From a virus (lineage: Duplodnaviria; Caudoviricetes), in IMG/VR virus record IMGVR_UViG_3300044806_000029, positions 1 to 38,450 of that record: a stretch of DNA of 38,450 nt. One strand, 5' to 3'. The notes under the pieces are model-generated. The model was given only the letters and a program-made list of their open reading frames with translations. It ran no database searches and had not been told where the DNA came from. Below, one piece after another: positions 1 to 9,114 of the stretch (positions are counted from its first letter, which is position 1; each line of letters begins with the position of its first letter). The position numbers and the translations under genes are program-made.

Positions 1-127
1 AAATGCACCAACCAAAACAGAGTTGTCCACATTGTCCACACTGTCCACACTCTGCTGCCTGCTGTAAGGCTTTTCTTTACAGCCTGTCAGCTGGCAGCAG
101 GTTTCTGTTTGCATTTTGATGGGGGGG
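1..127. repeat. Terminal direct repeat, copy 1 (identical to 38324-38450); likely assembly overlap of a circular contig
   Basis: aaatgcaccaacc...gcattttgatggggggg occurs at both ends; 127 bp matches a common maximum assembler k-mer. Confidence 0.95.
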
Positions 128-295
128 GTAGGGCCTTGGGGGAAGGGCCTTCGTGGACGATGGTGTCAGAAGAAATTTTTATTTTTTAATGCAAATTGCA
201 AATAACGCCCAGCATTTAACGTGACGCGTTACATGTATGTAAAAACGCATTTCGTGTACACGTACACACGATGTGTATGCGTTATCGACATACAC

Positions 296-324
296 TTGAC
301 ACCACGCATGTAAACCAATACCAT
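296..324 (+). promoter_or_regulatory. sigma70-type promoter for the packaging/late operon
   Basis: TTGACA (296-301), 17 bp spacer, TACCAT (319-324). Confidence 0.65.
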
Positions 325-330
325 GCGCTA

Positions 331-735
331 ATGACATTCCTATCGATACCTTTTACGCCACGCGAGGTAAAAGCCACCGAATCGCGTTTACAGGCGATAT
401 ACGACGCAGCCAAGTTGGGGCTAAAGAACGACTCATTGGCCTTAGCTGCTGGCATGTTGCCGTCCGAGTACCGGCAGTTGTGCCAGCTAGACCCCGTGGC
501 GGAGATGGCGGCGCAGAAAGGTAAGGCAGACGGTGAGCTAGAGATGGCCCAGGTGCTAATCAAATCAGCCAAGGACGGTGACGCTAAGTCGGCACTAGCC
601 GTGCTACAGCATGCACACGCGTGGACGGCGAAGACCGAGATCAGTGTGGATGTGTACCAAAAGATAAGTATTACTCAGGCATTAGCCGAGGCTCAATCGC
701 GTATCATTGAAGGCACCGTCGTAGACAACCAATAA
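331..735 (+). CDS. terS: Terminase small subunit (start more likely ATG 331 than 271)
   Basis: Helical 134-aa ORF directly upstream of terL with TAATG coupling; a promoter lies inside the 271-330 extension. Confidence 0.7.
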   Translation: MTFLSIPFTPREVKATESRLQAIYDAAKLGLKNDSLALAAGMLPSEYRQLCQLDPVAEMAAQKGKADGELEMAQVLIKSAKDGDAKSALAVLQHAHAWTAKTEISVDVYQKISITQALAEAQSRIIEGTVVDNQ

Positions 736-2264
736 TGCAATTACCTATATATAGTTCGGACGAAGAACAACTCCTCATGTCAAGGCTGTGGGATCCGCGT
801 GTTGCGGACGACCCTGAAGCGTTCGTGCTGTTCGCGTTCCCGTGGGGCCAACCTAACACGCCACTAGCTAAGTTCAAAGGGCCACGCACCTGGCAGCGCG
901 AGGTGTTAAGGACAATAGCCACTCACATCAAGGACAACCGAGGCGAGGTCGACATGTCGACACTGCGCGAGGCGGTCAGTAGCGGACGGGGTATAGGGAA
1001 GTCGGCGCTGGTCAGCTGGCTCATAATGTGGATGTTATCGACACGGATAGGCAGCTCAGTTGTCGTCAGCGCCAACAGTGAGTCACAACTGCGGTCAGTC
1101 ACCTGGGGTGAGTTGACTAAGTGGCAGGCCATGATAATAAACTCACACTGGTGGGAGATTTCGGCAACCAAGCTGGTGCCAGCGAAATGGGTGTGCGAGC
1201 TAGTGGAGCGTGACTTGAAAAAAGGTACGCGGTACTGGGCGGCAGAAGGCAAACTGTGGTCGGAAGAAAATCCTGACTCGTACGCTGGTGTCCACAACCA
1301 CGACGGCATGATGTTGATATTTGACGAGGCAAGCGGTATACCTGACACGATATGGTCAGTGGGGGCTGGCTTCTTTACAGAGAACATATTAGATCGGTAT
1401 TGGTTTGCGTTCAGCAACCCGCGTCGCAACCAAGGGTATTTCTTTGAGTGCTTTAACTCTAAACGGGACTTTTGGCATGGCAGACAAATTGACGCGAGGC
1501 AGGTCGAGGATACGGATAAAGCGGTATATGAACAGATTATTGCCGAGTATGGCGAAGACTCTGCACAGGCGCGGGTCGAGGTATACGGTGAGTTTCCATC
1601 GGCAGGTGAAGACCAGTTTATCAGCCCGATGGTTGTTGAGGACGCATTCAAACGTGAGAGATATAAGGATACGACTGCACCTATCGTTATCGGGGTTGAT
1701 CCGGCACGTGGGGGCGCAGACAGCACGGTCATCGTCGTGCGTCAAGGGCGTGACATCGTGGCCATTAAGCGCTATCAAGGCGAAGATACAATGACCGTCG
1801 TTGGCCGAGTGATTGAAGCCATAGAAGAATACAAACCAGTGATGACCGTCATCGACGAGGGCGGACTGGGGTACGGGATATTGGACAGGCTAACCGAGCA
1901 GCGGTACAAGGTGCGCGGTGTGAACTTTGGTTCACGGGCTAAGAACTCTATAATGTGGGGCAACAAGCGGGCCGAGATGTGGGGTGCAATGCGGGAGTGG
2001 CTACGCAGTGCCAGCATACCGGAGGATAGAAAATTAAAGTCTGACTTGACAGGCCCGATGAAAAAGCCTAATAGCAGCGGGACGATATTCTTAGAAGGCA
2101 AGAAAGAGATGAAGGCCAGGGGCATGGCAAGTCCGGACGCAGCAGACGCGTTATGCGTGACATTTGCGTTCCCAGTAGCCCATCGAGAATATAGGGTTGA
2201 CAACGCGCCCCGTAAGTCGTATGCTAATGGTAGCGGAGCATCCAGCTCTTGGATGGGGAGTTAG
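735..2264 (+). CDS. terL: Terminase large subunit
   Basis: Walker A SGRGIGKS, Walker B IFDEAS, coupling motif SNP, nuclease motifs IGVDPAR and SPDAADA. Confidence 0.95.
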   Translation: MQLPIYSSDEEQLLMSRLWDPRVADDPEAFVLFAFPWGQPNTPLAKFKGPRTWQREVLRTIATHIKDNRGEVDMSTLREAVSSGRGIGKSALVSWLIMWMLSTRIGSSVVVSANSESQLRSVTWGELTKWQAMIINSHWWEISATKLVPAKWVCELVERDLKKGTRYWAAEGKLWSEENPDSYAGVHNHDGMMLIFDEASGIPDTIWSVGAGFFTENILDRYWFAFSNPRRNQGYFFECFNSKRDFWHGRQIDARQVEDTDKAVYEQIIAEYGEDSAQARVEVYGEFPSAGEDQFISPMVVEDAFKRERYKDTTAPIVIGVDPARGGADSTVIVVRQGRDIVAIKRYQGEDTMTVVGRVIEAIEEYKPVMTVIDEGGLGYGILDRLTEQRYKVRGVNFGSRAKNSIMWGNKRAEMWGAMREWLRSASIPEDRKLKSDLTGPMKKPNSSGTIFLEGKKEMKARGMASPDAADALCVTFAFPVAHREYRVDNAPRKSYANGSGASSSWMGS

Positions 2265-2266
2265 CT

Positions 2267-2407
2267 ATGCCATTAAAAAAATCATCTAGTAAAGAAGCCT
2301 TCCGTGCTAATGTTAAGGCCGAGATAGACGCAGGTAAAAAGCCAGCTCAAGCTGTCGCCATTGCGTACTCTGTTAAACGTGAATCAACTAAAAAAGGCAA
2401 AAAATGA
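2267..2407 (+). CDS. Small basic phage protein, 46 aa (MPLKKSSSKEAFRANVKAEIDAGKKPAQAVAIAYS...), not in the ORF track
   Basis: Translated by hand; GGAG upstream; ATGA overlap with groES; resembles a common MPLKK...QAVAIA phage family. Confidence 0.75.
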   Translation: MPLKKSSSKEAFRANVKAEIDAGKKPAQAVAIAYSVKRESTKKGKK

Positions 2408-2691
2408 AATTAAAACCTTTCGGTGAACGAATTGTAGTAAAGCAAAAAGAAGAAGAACTAACAACGGCCAGTGGCATTGTACTGGCCAAGCAAGCTGAGA
2501 AGAAGTTTGAAGGTGTGATTGTTGCAGCAGGCCAAGGCGCCATATTAGATAATGGCACGGTCAGAGCGATGACAGTTAAAGTAGGTGACACAATACTGTT
2601 CGGTGAGTATTCAGGACAGAAGTTTAAATACGAAGACGAAGACTATCTTCTTATGAACGAAAAAGACGTGATCGGAATATTAAATGAATGA
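2404..2691 (+). CDS. groES: Co-chaperonin GroES (Cpn10)
   Basis: MKLKPFGERIVVK, mobile loop TASGIVL, GVIVAAGQG, VKVGDTILFGEYSG, YLLMNEKDVIGIL. Confidence 0.95.
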   Translation: MKLKPFGERIVVKQKEEELTTASGIVLAKQAEKKFEGVIVAAGQGAILDNGTVRAMTVKVGDTILFGEYSGQKFKYEDEDYLLMNEKDVIGILNE

Positions 2692-4894
2692 TGACATGAC
2701 CACCGTTGGGGTTGTCGCTGAAGGTGCTAATAAGCCTAACGACAAAAAAGACATGCTTGCAACGATGCGAAGCCGCTTTACTATGGCGGTTTCTGCGTAT
2801 TCAGAAAGCCGTGAAGACGAGCTAGATGACTTACGCTTTGAGGCAGGCTCACCGGACAACCAATGGCAATGGCCTGCGGACGTACTGGCTACCCGTGGTT
2901 CAGTTCAAGGTCAGACCATCAATGCAAGACCATGCTTAACAATCAATAAGTTACCGCAACATGTTCATCAAGTTACTAATGAACAACGCCAAAATCGCCC
3001 TTCGGTGAAGGTAATCCCTGTAGATGATAACGCTGACGTAGAGGTCGCGGAGATATTTGAGGGTGTAATCAGGCATATTGAGTATATTTCAGATGCAGAT
3101 GTCGCATACGACACAGCATGTGAAAACCAAGTCACCTATGGTGAAGGCTACATCCGTGTACTCACTAAATATTGCGACGACAATTCATTTGACCAAGACC
3201 TATACATTGGCCGTATCCGCAATTCCTTTAGCGTTTATATGGATCCTACAATACAAGACCCATGCGGCAGCGATGCCGAGTGGTGTTTTGTTACAGAAGA
3301 CATGACGAAGGCAGAATACGAGCGTCAGTTCCCTGATGCCGCGCCAATATCGTCTATGATGCAGCAAGGTGTGGGCGACTCCTCACTAAGTCAGTGGTTG
3401 ACAGAGAACACAGTGCGTGTTGCTGAGTATTTTTACTACGAGCATACGCCAACCAAGCTAAATCTATACCAAGGCAACATGAGCGCCGTAGAAGGCAGCC
3501 GTGAAGACAAAGAATTGAAGGCTTTAGGCTTAAAACCGCTTAAATCACGCATGGCAGACGTTAAAAAGGTCAAATGGCTCAAAACTAACGGCTTTGAAGT
3601 GCTAGAAGAACAAGATTGGGCGGGTAAATTTATACCTGTTATTCGTGTTGTAGGTAACGAATACGAAGTTGATGGCCGTTTATACGTGTCAGGCTTGATC
3701 CGTAACGCAAAAGACGCACAACGTATGTACAACTATTGGGTTTCACAAGAAGCCGAGATGTTGGCACTGGCACCAAAAGCGCCATTCATAGGTTACGGCG
3801 GTCAATTTGAGGGTTACGAGACACAATGGAAGACTGCAAATACGACAAATTGGCCGTATTTAGAGGTTAATCCTGATGTAACAGACGGTGCTGGTGCGGT
3901 ATTGCCATTACCACAACGCGCTCAACCGCCTATGGCGTCTAGCGGTCTATTACAGGCTAAAGCTGGTGCATCTGACGATATTAAGTCCTCAACTGGTCAA
4001 TACGACTCCAGTTTAGGTGCGACAAGCAACGAACGCTCAGGCCGTGCCATCTTAGCGCGTGAAAAACAAGGCGACACAGGCACATACCACTACGTTGACA
4101 ACTTAGCGCGTGCTATACGTCACTGTGGACGTCAATTAGTGGACATGATACCTAAAATTTACGATACAGAGCGTATTGCTCGTATTATTGGCGTAGATGG
4201 CGAAGTGAAACGGGCTAAAATTAACCCATCACAAGCCGAGCCAGTGAAGAAAATTGTTGATGAAACAGGCGTTGTGATTGAAAAAATCTACAATCCTAGC
4301 GTTGGTAAGTACGATGTATGCGTATCGACTGGCCCAAGCTACATGACCAAACGTCAAGAGTCATTAGACGCTATGAGCCAACTATTGCAAGGCAACCCAC
4401 AATTGTGGCAAGTGGCTGGCGATTTGTTTGTTAAAAACATGGACTGGCCTGGCGCACAAGAGATGGCTAAACGCTTTGCTAAAACTATCGATCCTAAACT
4501 ACTAAGCGATGCCGACGAAGACCCAGCATTGCAAGCTGCACAGCAACAACTTGAAGCAATGGGCCAAGAGTTAGACCAATTACACGGCATGTTGCAAAAC
4601 GTCAGCAAATCTATGGAAGCGCAAGACTTGGCAATCAAAGAACAAGAGGCTAACATTAAAGCATACGACGCTGAAACTAAACGTATCAGCGCAGTGCAGG
4701 CAAGCATGTCACCTGAACAAATCCAAGACATCGTTATGGGTACAGTTCACGGCATGATGGACAGCGGTGACTTAATTGGCGAGATGCCTGGTAGAGAAAT
4801 GCCAAACGAAGGGCTAGAACAGCCTGAAGGCATGATGCCTGAAGAACAAATGCAACCTGAACAACCAATGATGCCACCCGAAGGACAAATATAA
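2684..4894 (+). CDS. P22-like portal protein
   Basis: 736 aa after terL; RPCLTINKL, AKDAQRMYNYW, SGRAILAR, GKYDV..STGPSY.TKRQE; C-terminal coiled-coil barrel. Confidence 0.9.
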   Translation: MNDDMTTVGVVAEGANKPNDKKDMLATMRSRFTMAVSAYSESREDELDDLRFEAGSPDNQWQWPADVLATRGSVQGQTINARPCLTINKLPQHVHQVTNEQRQNRPSVKVIPVDDNADVEVAEIFEGVIRHIEYISDADVAYDTACENQVTYGEGYIRVLTKYCDDNSFDQDLYIGRIRNSFSVYMDPTIQDPCGSDAEWCFVTEDMTKAEYERQFPDAAPISSMMQQGVGDSSLSQWLTENTVRVAEYFYYEHTPTKLNLYQGNMSAVEGSREDKELKALGLKPLKSRMADVKKVKWLKTNGFEVLEEQDWAGKFIPVIRVVGNEYEVDGRLYVSGLIRNAKDAQRMYNYWVSQEAEMLALAPKAPFIGYGGQFEGYETQWKTANTTNWPYLEVNPDVTDGAGAVLPLPQRAQPPMASSGLLQAKAGASDDIKSSTGQYDSSLGATSNERSGRAILAREKQGDTGTYHYVDNLARAIRHCGRQLVDMIPKIYDTERIARIIGVDGEVKRAKINPSQAEPVKKIVDETGVVIEKIYNPSVGKYDVCVSTGPSYMTKRQESLDAMSQLLQGNPQLWQVAGDLFVKNMDWPGAQEMAKRFAKTIDPKLLSDADEDPALQAAQQQLEAMGQELDQLHGMLQNVSKSMEAQDLAIKEQEANIKAYDAETKRISAVQASMSPEQIQDIVMGTVHGMMDSGDLIGEMPGREMPNEGLEQPEGMMPEEQMQPEQPMMPPEGQI

Positions 4895-5256
4895 TGAAAG
4901 CCTGTGACTTTGTAGGAATACTATTCTTAGCTAGAGACGTGACGCACTCCGTCCACCTAAATACTAGAAGCTACTCTAAGCATAAGGCTTTGCAGAAGTT
5001 TTATGAGAGCATAATTGACTTAGCAGACGGTTTTGCTGAAGCCTATCAAGGCCGCCACGGTTTGATGGGGCCTATTTCGCTTCAGTCAGCTAAGAAAACT
5101 ACAAACGTGATTGATTTTCTACAAAATCAACTAGAAGAAATTGAAGCGAATCGCTATAAAATTTGCGACGAAACAGATTCCGCAATACAGAATTTGATTG
5201 ACGAAGTAATAGCCCTTTACCTATCAACCTTGTATAAATTGAGGTTCTTAGCATGA
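4894..5256 (+). CDS. Ferritin/Dps-like four-helix protein (DUF5856-like)
   Basis: HSVHLNTRSYSKHKALQKFYE and DGFAEAYQG match Dps-like metal-ligand spacing; ends YKLRFLA. Confidence 0.7.
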   Translation: MKACDFVGILFLARDVTHSVHLNTRSYSKHKALQKFYESIIDLADGFAEAYQGRHGLMGPISLQSAKKTTNVIDFLQNQLEEIEANRYKICDETDSAIQNLIDEVIALYLSTLYKLRFLA

Positions 5257-6032
5257 ACGTCTTTACCTCACAAACTCAATTTGGCAAAAATGAAGATTTT
5301 GCACTCCAAGTAGCTAGGGGGCAAATTCCAGGGCATTCCGCAATATCCGTATTTGGGTACAATCCTGACGTAGATACGGCTGAAGAATCAATTTGGCCTG
5401 ATGGCGGCACAGTGCCTCACCCAACCGTGGCTTCCGTGCTTAAAATAAGCTCGTCTAGTACGGACGATACTTCAGCAGGCACTGGAGCAAGAACTGTCAC
5501 TATAGTAGGGCTTGATGGAAGCTATAATCAAGTTAGCGAAAGCATAACTTTAAATGGGCAAACAGCAGTTAACACAACGAACAGTTATCTTTATGTAAAT
5601 GGATTTTATGTAGCTTCAACTGGATCAAGCGGTGCAAACGCGGGTAATATTAATGCAGGCACAGGTGTAGTAACTGCGGGCGTCCCTGCTGTATTATATG
5701 ACATTATCGCAACAGGGTATAATAACCGCACTACCGCACATTATTGCGTTCCAGCGGGTTACACAGGCTATTTAACTACAGGTGTTATTACTACAGGGCA
5801 AGCCTCCGGGTCAACTTCTGTAACGGCGTTTTTAAAACAACACGGCCAAGATGGAATTGTTCGTGTGGGTGCGGTATCTACGCTTAACAACGGGTCAGTG
5901 CAGTATGATTTTTCATACCCGTATATAATTTCAGAAAAAAACTGTGTAGGCGCCTCTGCAATAGGTTCTGCGGCAAATAACTCAGCAAGTGCATTTTTTA
6001 ATATTGTTTTAATTAAAAATTATCAGGATTAA
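5253..6032 (+). CDS. Hypothetical beta-rich, probably virion-associated protein
   Basis: 259 aa, G/S/T-rich, in the head module, ATGA-coupled. Confidence 0.6.
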   Translation: MNVFTSQTQFGKNEDFALQVARGQIPGHSAISVFGYNPDVDTAEESIWPDGGTVPHPTVASVLKISSSSTDDTSAGTGARTVTIVGLDGSYNQVSESITLNGQTAVNTTNSYLYVNGFYVASTGSSGANAGNINAGTGVVTAGVPAVLYDIIATGYNNRTTAHYCVPAGYTGYLTTGVITTGQASGSTSVTAFLKQHGQDGIVRVGAVSTLNNGSVQYDFSYPYIISEKNCVGASAIGSAANNSASAFFNIVLIKNYQD

Positions 6033-6034
6033 TC

Positions 6035-6301
6035 ATGGCAAACTATAAATATTTAGCTGCAACAGACCAAACTAAAGTCGGTGCAGGCAAACTATACGGC
6101 ATTTTTGTGTCAACAACATCAAGCGGTACTATTACTGTATACGATAGCGCTACATCAAGCACTAGCGACGGTAAAATTGCTAACACTATTACAGTAGCTG
6201 CTGGTACTCAGTACCTTAGCTTTCCATCAGGTATTTGGTTTAGCAACGGTCTATACATAGTATTAGCTAACACCGCCACCTTTACAGTTGTCTACGAATA
6301 G
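6035..6301 (+). CDS. Hypothetical small beta-strand protein (possible capsid accessory)
   Basis: 88 aa, AGGA upstream, head-module context. Confidence 0.6.
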   Translation: MANYKYLAATDQTKVGAGKLYGIFVSTTSSGTITVYDSATSSTSDGKIANTITVAAGTQYLSFPSGIWFSNGLYIVLANTATFTVVYE

Positions 6302-6353
6302 AATATATTAAAAATGTACTGGTGCATTTCACCAGGGTTTCTAAGGAAACAAA

Positions 6354-7139
6354 ATGAGTGAAAACCAAGAAGTAGAAGTAATAGCGGAAGTACCCGCGCC
6401 AGTAGAAGAAGTTACGACAGCTCCTGAAACTGTAGCAAATGAAGTAGAAGTGTCGGAAGAAAAGCCAGCAGAAGCAAGCAAGACATTCTCGCAAGAGGAA
6501 CTTGATGCTGCGATTGGCAAACGCTTGGCAAGAGAACAGCGTAAATGGGAAAGAGAACGTGCTGCACAGGCTTCAACCCCTGCGACGCCTAGAGACCTCC
6601 CTGCGCCTGAGCAATTTGAGTCAGTAGAAGCATACGCCGAAGCATTGGCCGTGCAAAAAGCTGAACAACTGCTTGAGCAAAGAGAGCAACAAAGGCAACA
6701 ACACGAAATCTTAGAGACGTATCACGATAGGGAAGAAGAAGCCCGTGCTAAGTATGATGACTTCGAGCAAGTTGCATACAACCCCAGTGTTCCTATTACT
6801 AATGTGATGGCTCAATCTATTCAGGCATCTGATGTTGGCCCCGAACTGGCTTATTACCTAGGGACTAATATTAAGGAAGCTGAACGGATCTCTCGGTTAG
6901 CGCCAATCTTACAAGCTAAAGAAATTGGCCGACTTGAAGCTAAAATTGCTAACGAGCCGGTGATTAAGAAAACAACTAGCGCACCTGCGCCTATTTCGCC
7001 TGTCACGGCTAAAGGTAACGGTTCACCAGCGTACGACACGACTGACCCCAGGTCAATGAAGTCAATGTCTACGTCTGATTGGATTGCTGCTGAAAGAGCT
7101 AGACAAGCTAAGGCATGGGAAGCGAAAAGAAACCGCTAA
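6354..7139 (+). CDS. Scaffolding protein
   Basis: Acidic N-terminus, coiled coil, TFSQEELDAAIGKRLARE, C-terminal SAPAPISPV...MSTSDWIAAER; directly before the coat gene. Confidence 0.8.
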   Translation: MSENQEVEVIAEVPAPVEEVTTAPETVANEVEVSEEKPAEASKTFSQEELDAAIGKRLAREQRKWERERAAQASTPATPRDLPAPEQFESVEAYAEALAVQKAEQLLEQREQQRQQHEILETYHDREEEARAKYDDFEQVAYNPSVPITNVMAQSIQASDVGPELAYYLGTNIKEAERISRLAPILQAKEIGRLEAKIANEPVIKKTTSAPAPISPVTAKGNGSPAYDTTDPRSMKSMSTSDWIAAERARQAKAWEAKRNR

Positions 7140-7159
7140 CTTTTATATAAGGAAACATC

Positions 7160-8374
7160 ATGTCAAACTCAATCTTAACCATTGATATGATCACTCGTAA
7201 AGCCCTAGAAATCCTAGAGAATAACCTTGTGATCACACGTAACGTAAATCGTCAATACGACGATTCTTTTGCCGTTGAAGGCGCTAAAATTGGTTCTACT
7301 TTGCGTATCCGTTTACCGGATCGTGCTTTAGTAACTGACGGCGCGGCTTTACAAGTGCAAGATGACAACGAACAATACACAACATTGTCTGTTGCTTCAC
7401 AAAAACACATCGGCGTTAACTTCACATCAGCTGAGTTAACAATGCAATTAGACGATTTTGCAGAACGTGTATTGAAACCACGTATCTCACAATTGGCTTC
7501 TAGCGTTGATGCTGACGTTGCTAATGCTTACAAATCAATCTACAACTCAGTAGGTACTCCAGGCACTACACCTTCAACTTCATTAGTATTGTTGCAAGCT
7601 CAACAAAAACTAAACGAAGGCGCAGCTGTTATGTCTCCACGTTACGCAACTGTTAACCCAGCTGCCAACGCGGGCCTAGTTGAAGGTATGAAAGGTTTGT
7701 TCAACCCAACTGACACTGTTTCACGTCAATTCCGTAACGGTATGATGGGTATGGGCGTTCTTGGCTTCGAAGAAGTTAACATGTCTCAATCTATCAAACA
7801 ACACACCACTGGTACACGTTCTACTAGCGATACTATCTTAGTTAACGGCACTGTTACTACAGAAGGCCAAGCTACTATCAGCATCGATGGCGGTACAGGT
7901 TCAGCTACAGTTACTGTAGGTGACGTGTTTACTGTTGCTGGCGTTTACGCTGTCAACCCACAAACTCGTGAGTCAACTGGTTCATTGCAACAATTCACTG
8001 TGACTGCGGCTAACACTGCTTCAGGTGGCGCTTGGACTAACATTGCTATCTCACCACCTTTGTACACACCAAACAACGCTTTGGCTACTGTTAGTGCCTT
8101 CCCACAAGACGGTGCTGCTGTTACATTCGTTGGTGCTGCAAGCACTCAATACGCTCAAAACTTGGTATACCACAAAGATGCAATCACTTTCGCGACTGCT
8201 GACTTGTTATTACCACAAGGCGTAGACATGGCTTCACGTCAAGTACACAACGGTATCTCTCTACGTGTTGTCCGTCAATATGACATCAACAACGACCGCT
8301 TACCTTGCCGTATTGACGTTCTATATGGCTATAGCGCAGTTCGTCCACAAATGGCTGCCCGTATTTGGGGTTAG
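7160..8374 (+). CDS. Major capsid protein, P22 coat (gp5) family
   Basis: MSNSILTIDMITRKALEILENNL, KIGSTLRIRLP, RIDVLYG; strong TAAGGA RBS; biased codon usage. Confidence 0.92.
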   Translation: MSNSILTIDMITRKALEILENNLVITRNVNRQYDDSFAVEGAKIGSTLRIRLPDRALVTDGAALQVQDDNEQYTTLSVASQKHIGVNFTSAELTMQLDDFAERVLKPRISQLASSVDADVANAYKSIYNSVGTPGTTPSTSLVLLQAQQKLNEGAAVMSPRYATVNPAANAGLVEGMKGLFNPTDTVSRQFRNGMMGMGVLGFEEVNMSQSIKQHTTGTRSTSDTILVNGTVTTEGQATISIDGGTGSATVTVGDVFTVAGVYAVNPQTRESTGSLQQFTVTAANTASGGAWTNIAISPPLYTPNNALATVSAFPQDGAAVTFVGAASTQYAQNLVYHKDAITFATADLLLPQGVDMASRQVHNGISLRVVRQYDINNDRLPCRIDVLYGYSAVRPQMAARIWG

Positions 8375-8384
8375 TCTAGGTAAT

Positions 8385-8404
8385 CCCCGCTTCGGCGGGG
8401 GTTT
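8385..8404 (+). terminator. Hairpin / weak intrinsic terminator after the coat gene
   Basis: CCCCGC-TTCG-GCGGGG followed by only a short GTTT tract. Confidence 0.65.
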
Positions 8405-8432
8405 CGCAATTTATTAAGAAAAGGAAAATATC

Positions 8433-8828
8433 ATGGCTCTAGCAAATGGTGCAGGCGGTTATCAAGTTGGTGATGGTAACTTAAGCGAAGTAATTTTAGG
8501 TACACAAACGGCTCCAGTAGCTAAAACAGCAGCGGCTACATTCACCGCAGCTGAATTAGCAACTGGTCTTATTACTTACACTGGTGCAGCAGTTGCGCTA
8601 ACAGTTCCACTAGGTACTGATTTAGACGCTGCTTTCACAAGCATGAAAGTAAATAGCTCTTTTGATTTCTCAATCATCAATATCGGCGGTACTAACGCTG
8701 GTACTGTAACTGCTAACACAGGTTGTACATTAGTAGGCGTTGCTGCTGTTGCTGCAAACTCTGCTTGTATTTGGCGCGTTCGCAAAACAGGCGATGCTAC
8801 TTACGTGTTCTATCGTATAGCAGGTTAA
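8433..8828 (+). CDS. Putative capsid decoration / structural protein
   Basis: 131 aa, A/T/G-rich, AAGGA RBS, follows the coat gene. Confidence 0.6.
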   Translation: MALANGAGGYQVGDGNLSEVILGTQTAPVAKTAAATFTAAELATGLITYTGAAVALTVPLGTDLDAAFTSMKVNSSFDFSIINIGGTNAGTVTANTGCTLVGVAAVAANSACIWRVRKTGDATYVFYRIAG

Positions 8829-8837
8829 TGAAATACC

Positions 8838-8860
8838 TCCGCCCTTCGGGGCGGATTTTT
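8838..8860 (+). terminator. Intrinsic terminator
   Basis: TCCGCCC-TTCG-GGGCGGA-TTTTT. Confidence 0.8.
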
Positions 8861-8874
8861 AAAAGGATATAATC

Positions 8875-9111
8875 ATGGCAAATACAAAAGCTACAGGCGT
8901 TGCGTATTTAGATCCAGGCTTTGATAACGTACAGTTCAAGCTATATACTGTTGCTACCCTTCCTACCGCGTCTACAGCTATTGCTGGTACACGCGCGGCG
9001 GTTAGTGACTCTAATGCTGCTTACACTGCCGGTATCGGTGCTGCTGTTGCTACTGGCGGTTCTTATGTTGTTCCAGTATTCTGTAACGGCACTGCTTGGC
9101 TAATAGGCTAA
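8875..9111 (+). CDS. Small structural protein (head-fiber-like)
   Basis: 78 aa; YTVATLPTAS and VPVFCNGTAW motifs seen in fiber modules; AAGGA RBS. Confidence 0.6.
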   Translation: MANTKATGVAYLDPGFDNVQFKLYTVATLPTASTAIAGTRAAVSDSNAAYTAGIGAAVATGGSYVVPVFCNGTAWLIG

Positions 9112-9114
9112 TAT

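Noticed and set aside
923-1732. 269-aa antisense ORF within terL, and similar antisense ORFs in the portal, polA and tail genes
   Set aside because: Shadow frames opposite well-supported genes, with no RBS or recognisable motifs, unlike the same-strand nested ORF in the MTase.
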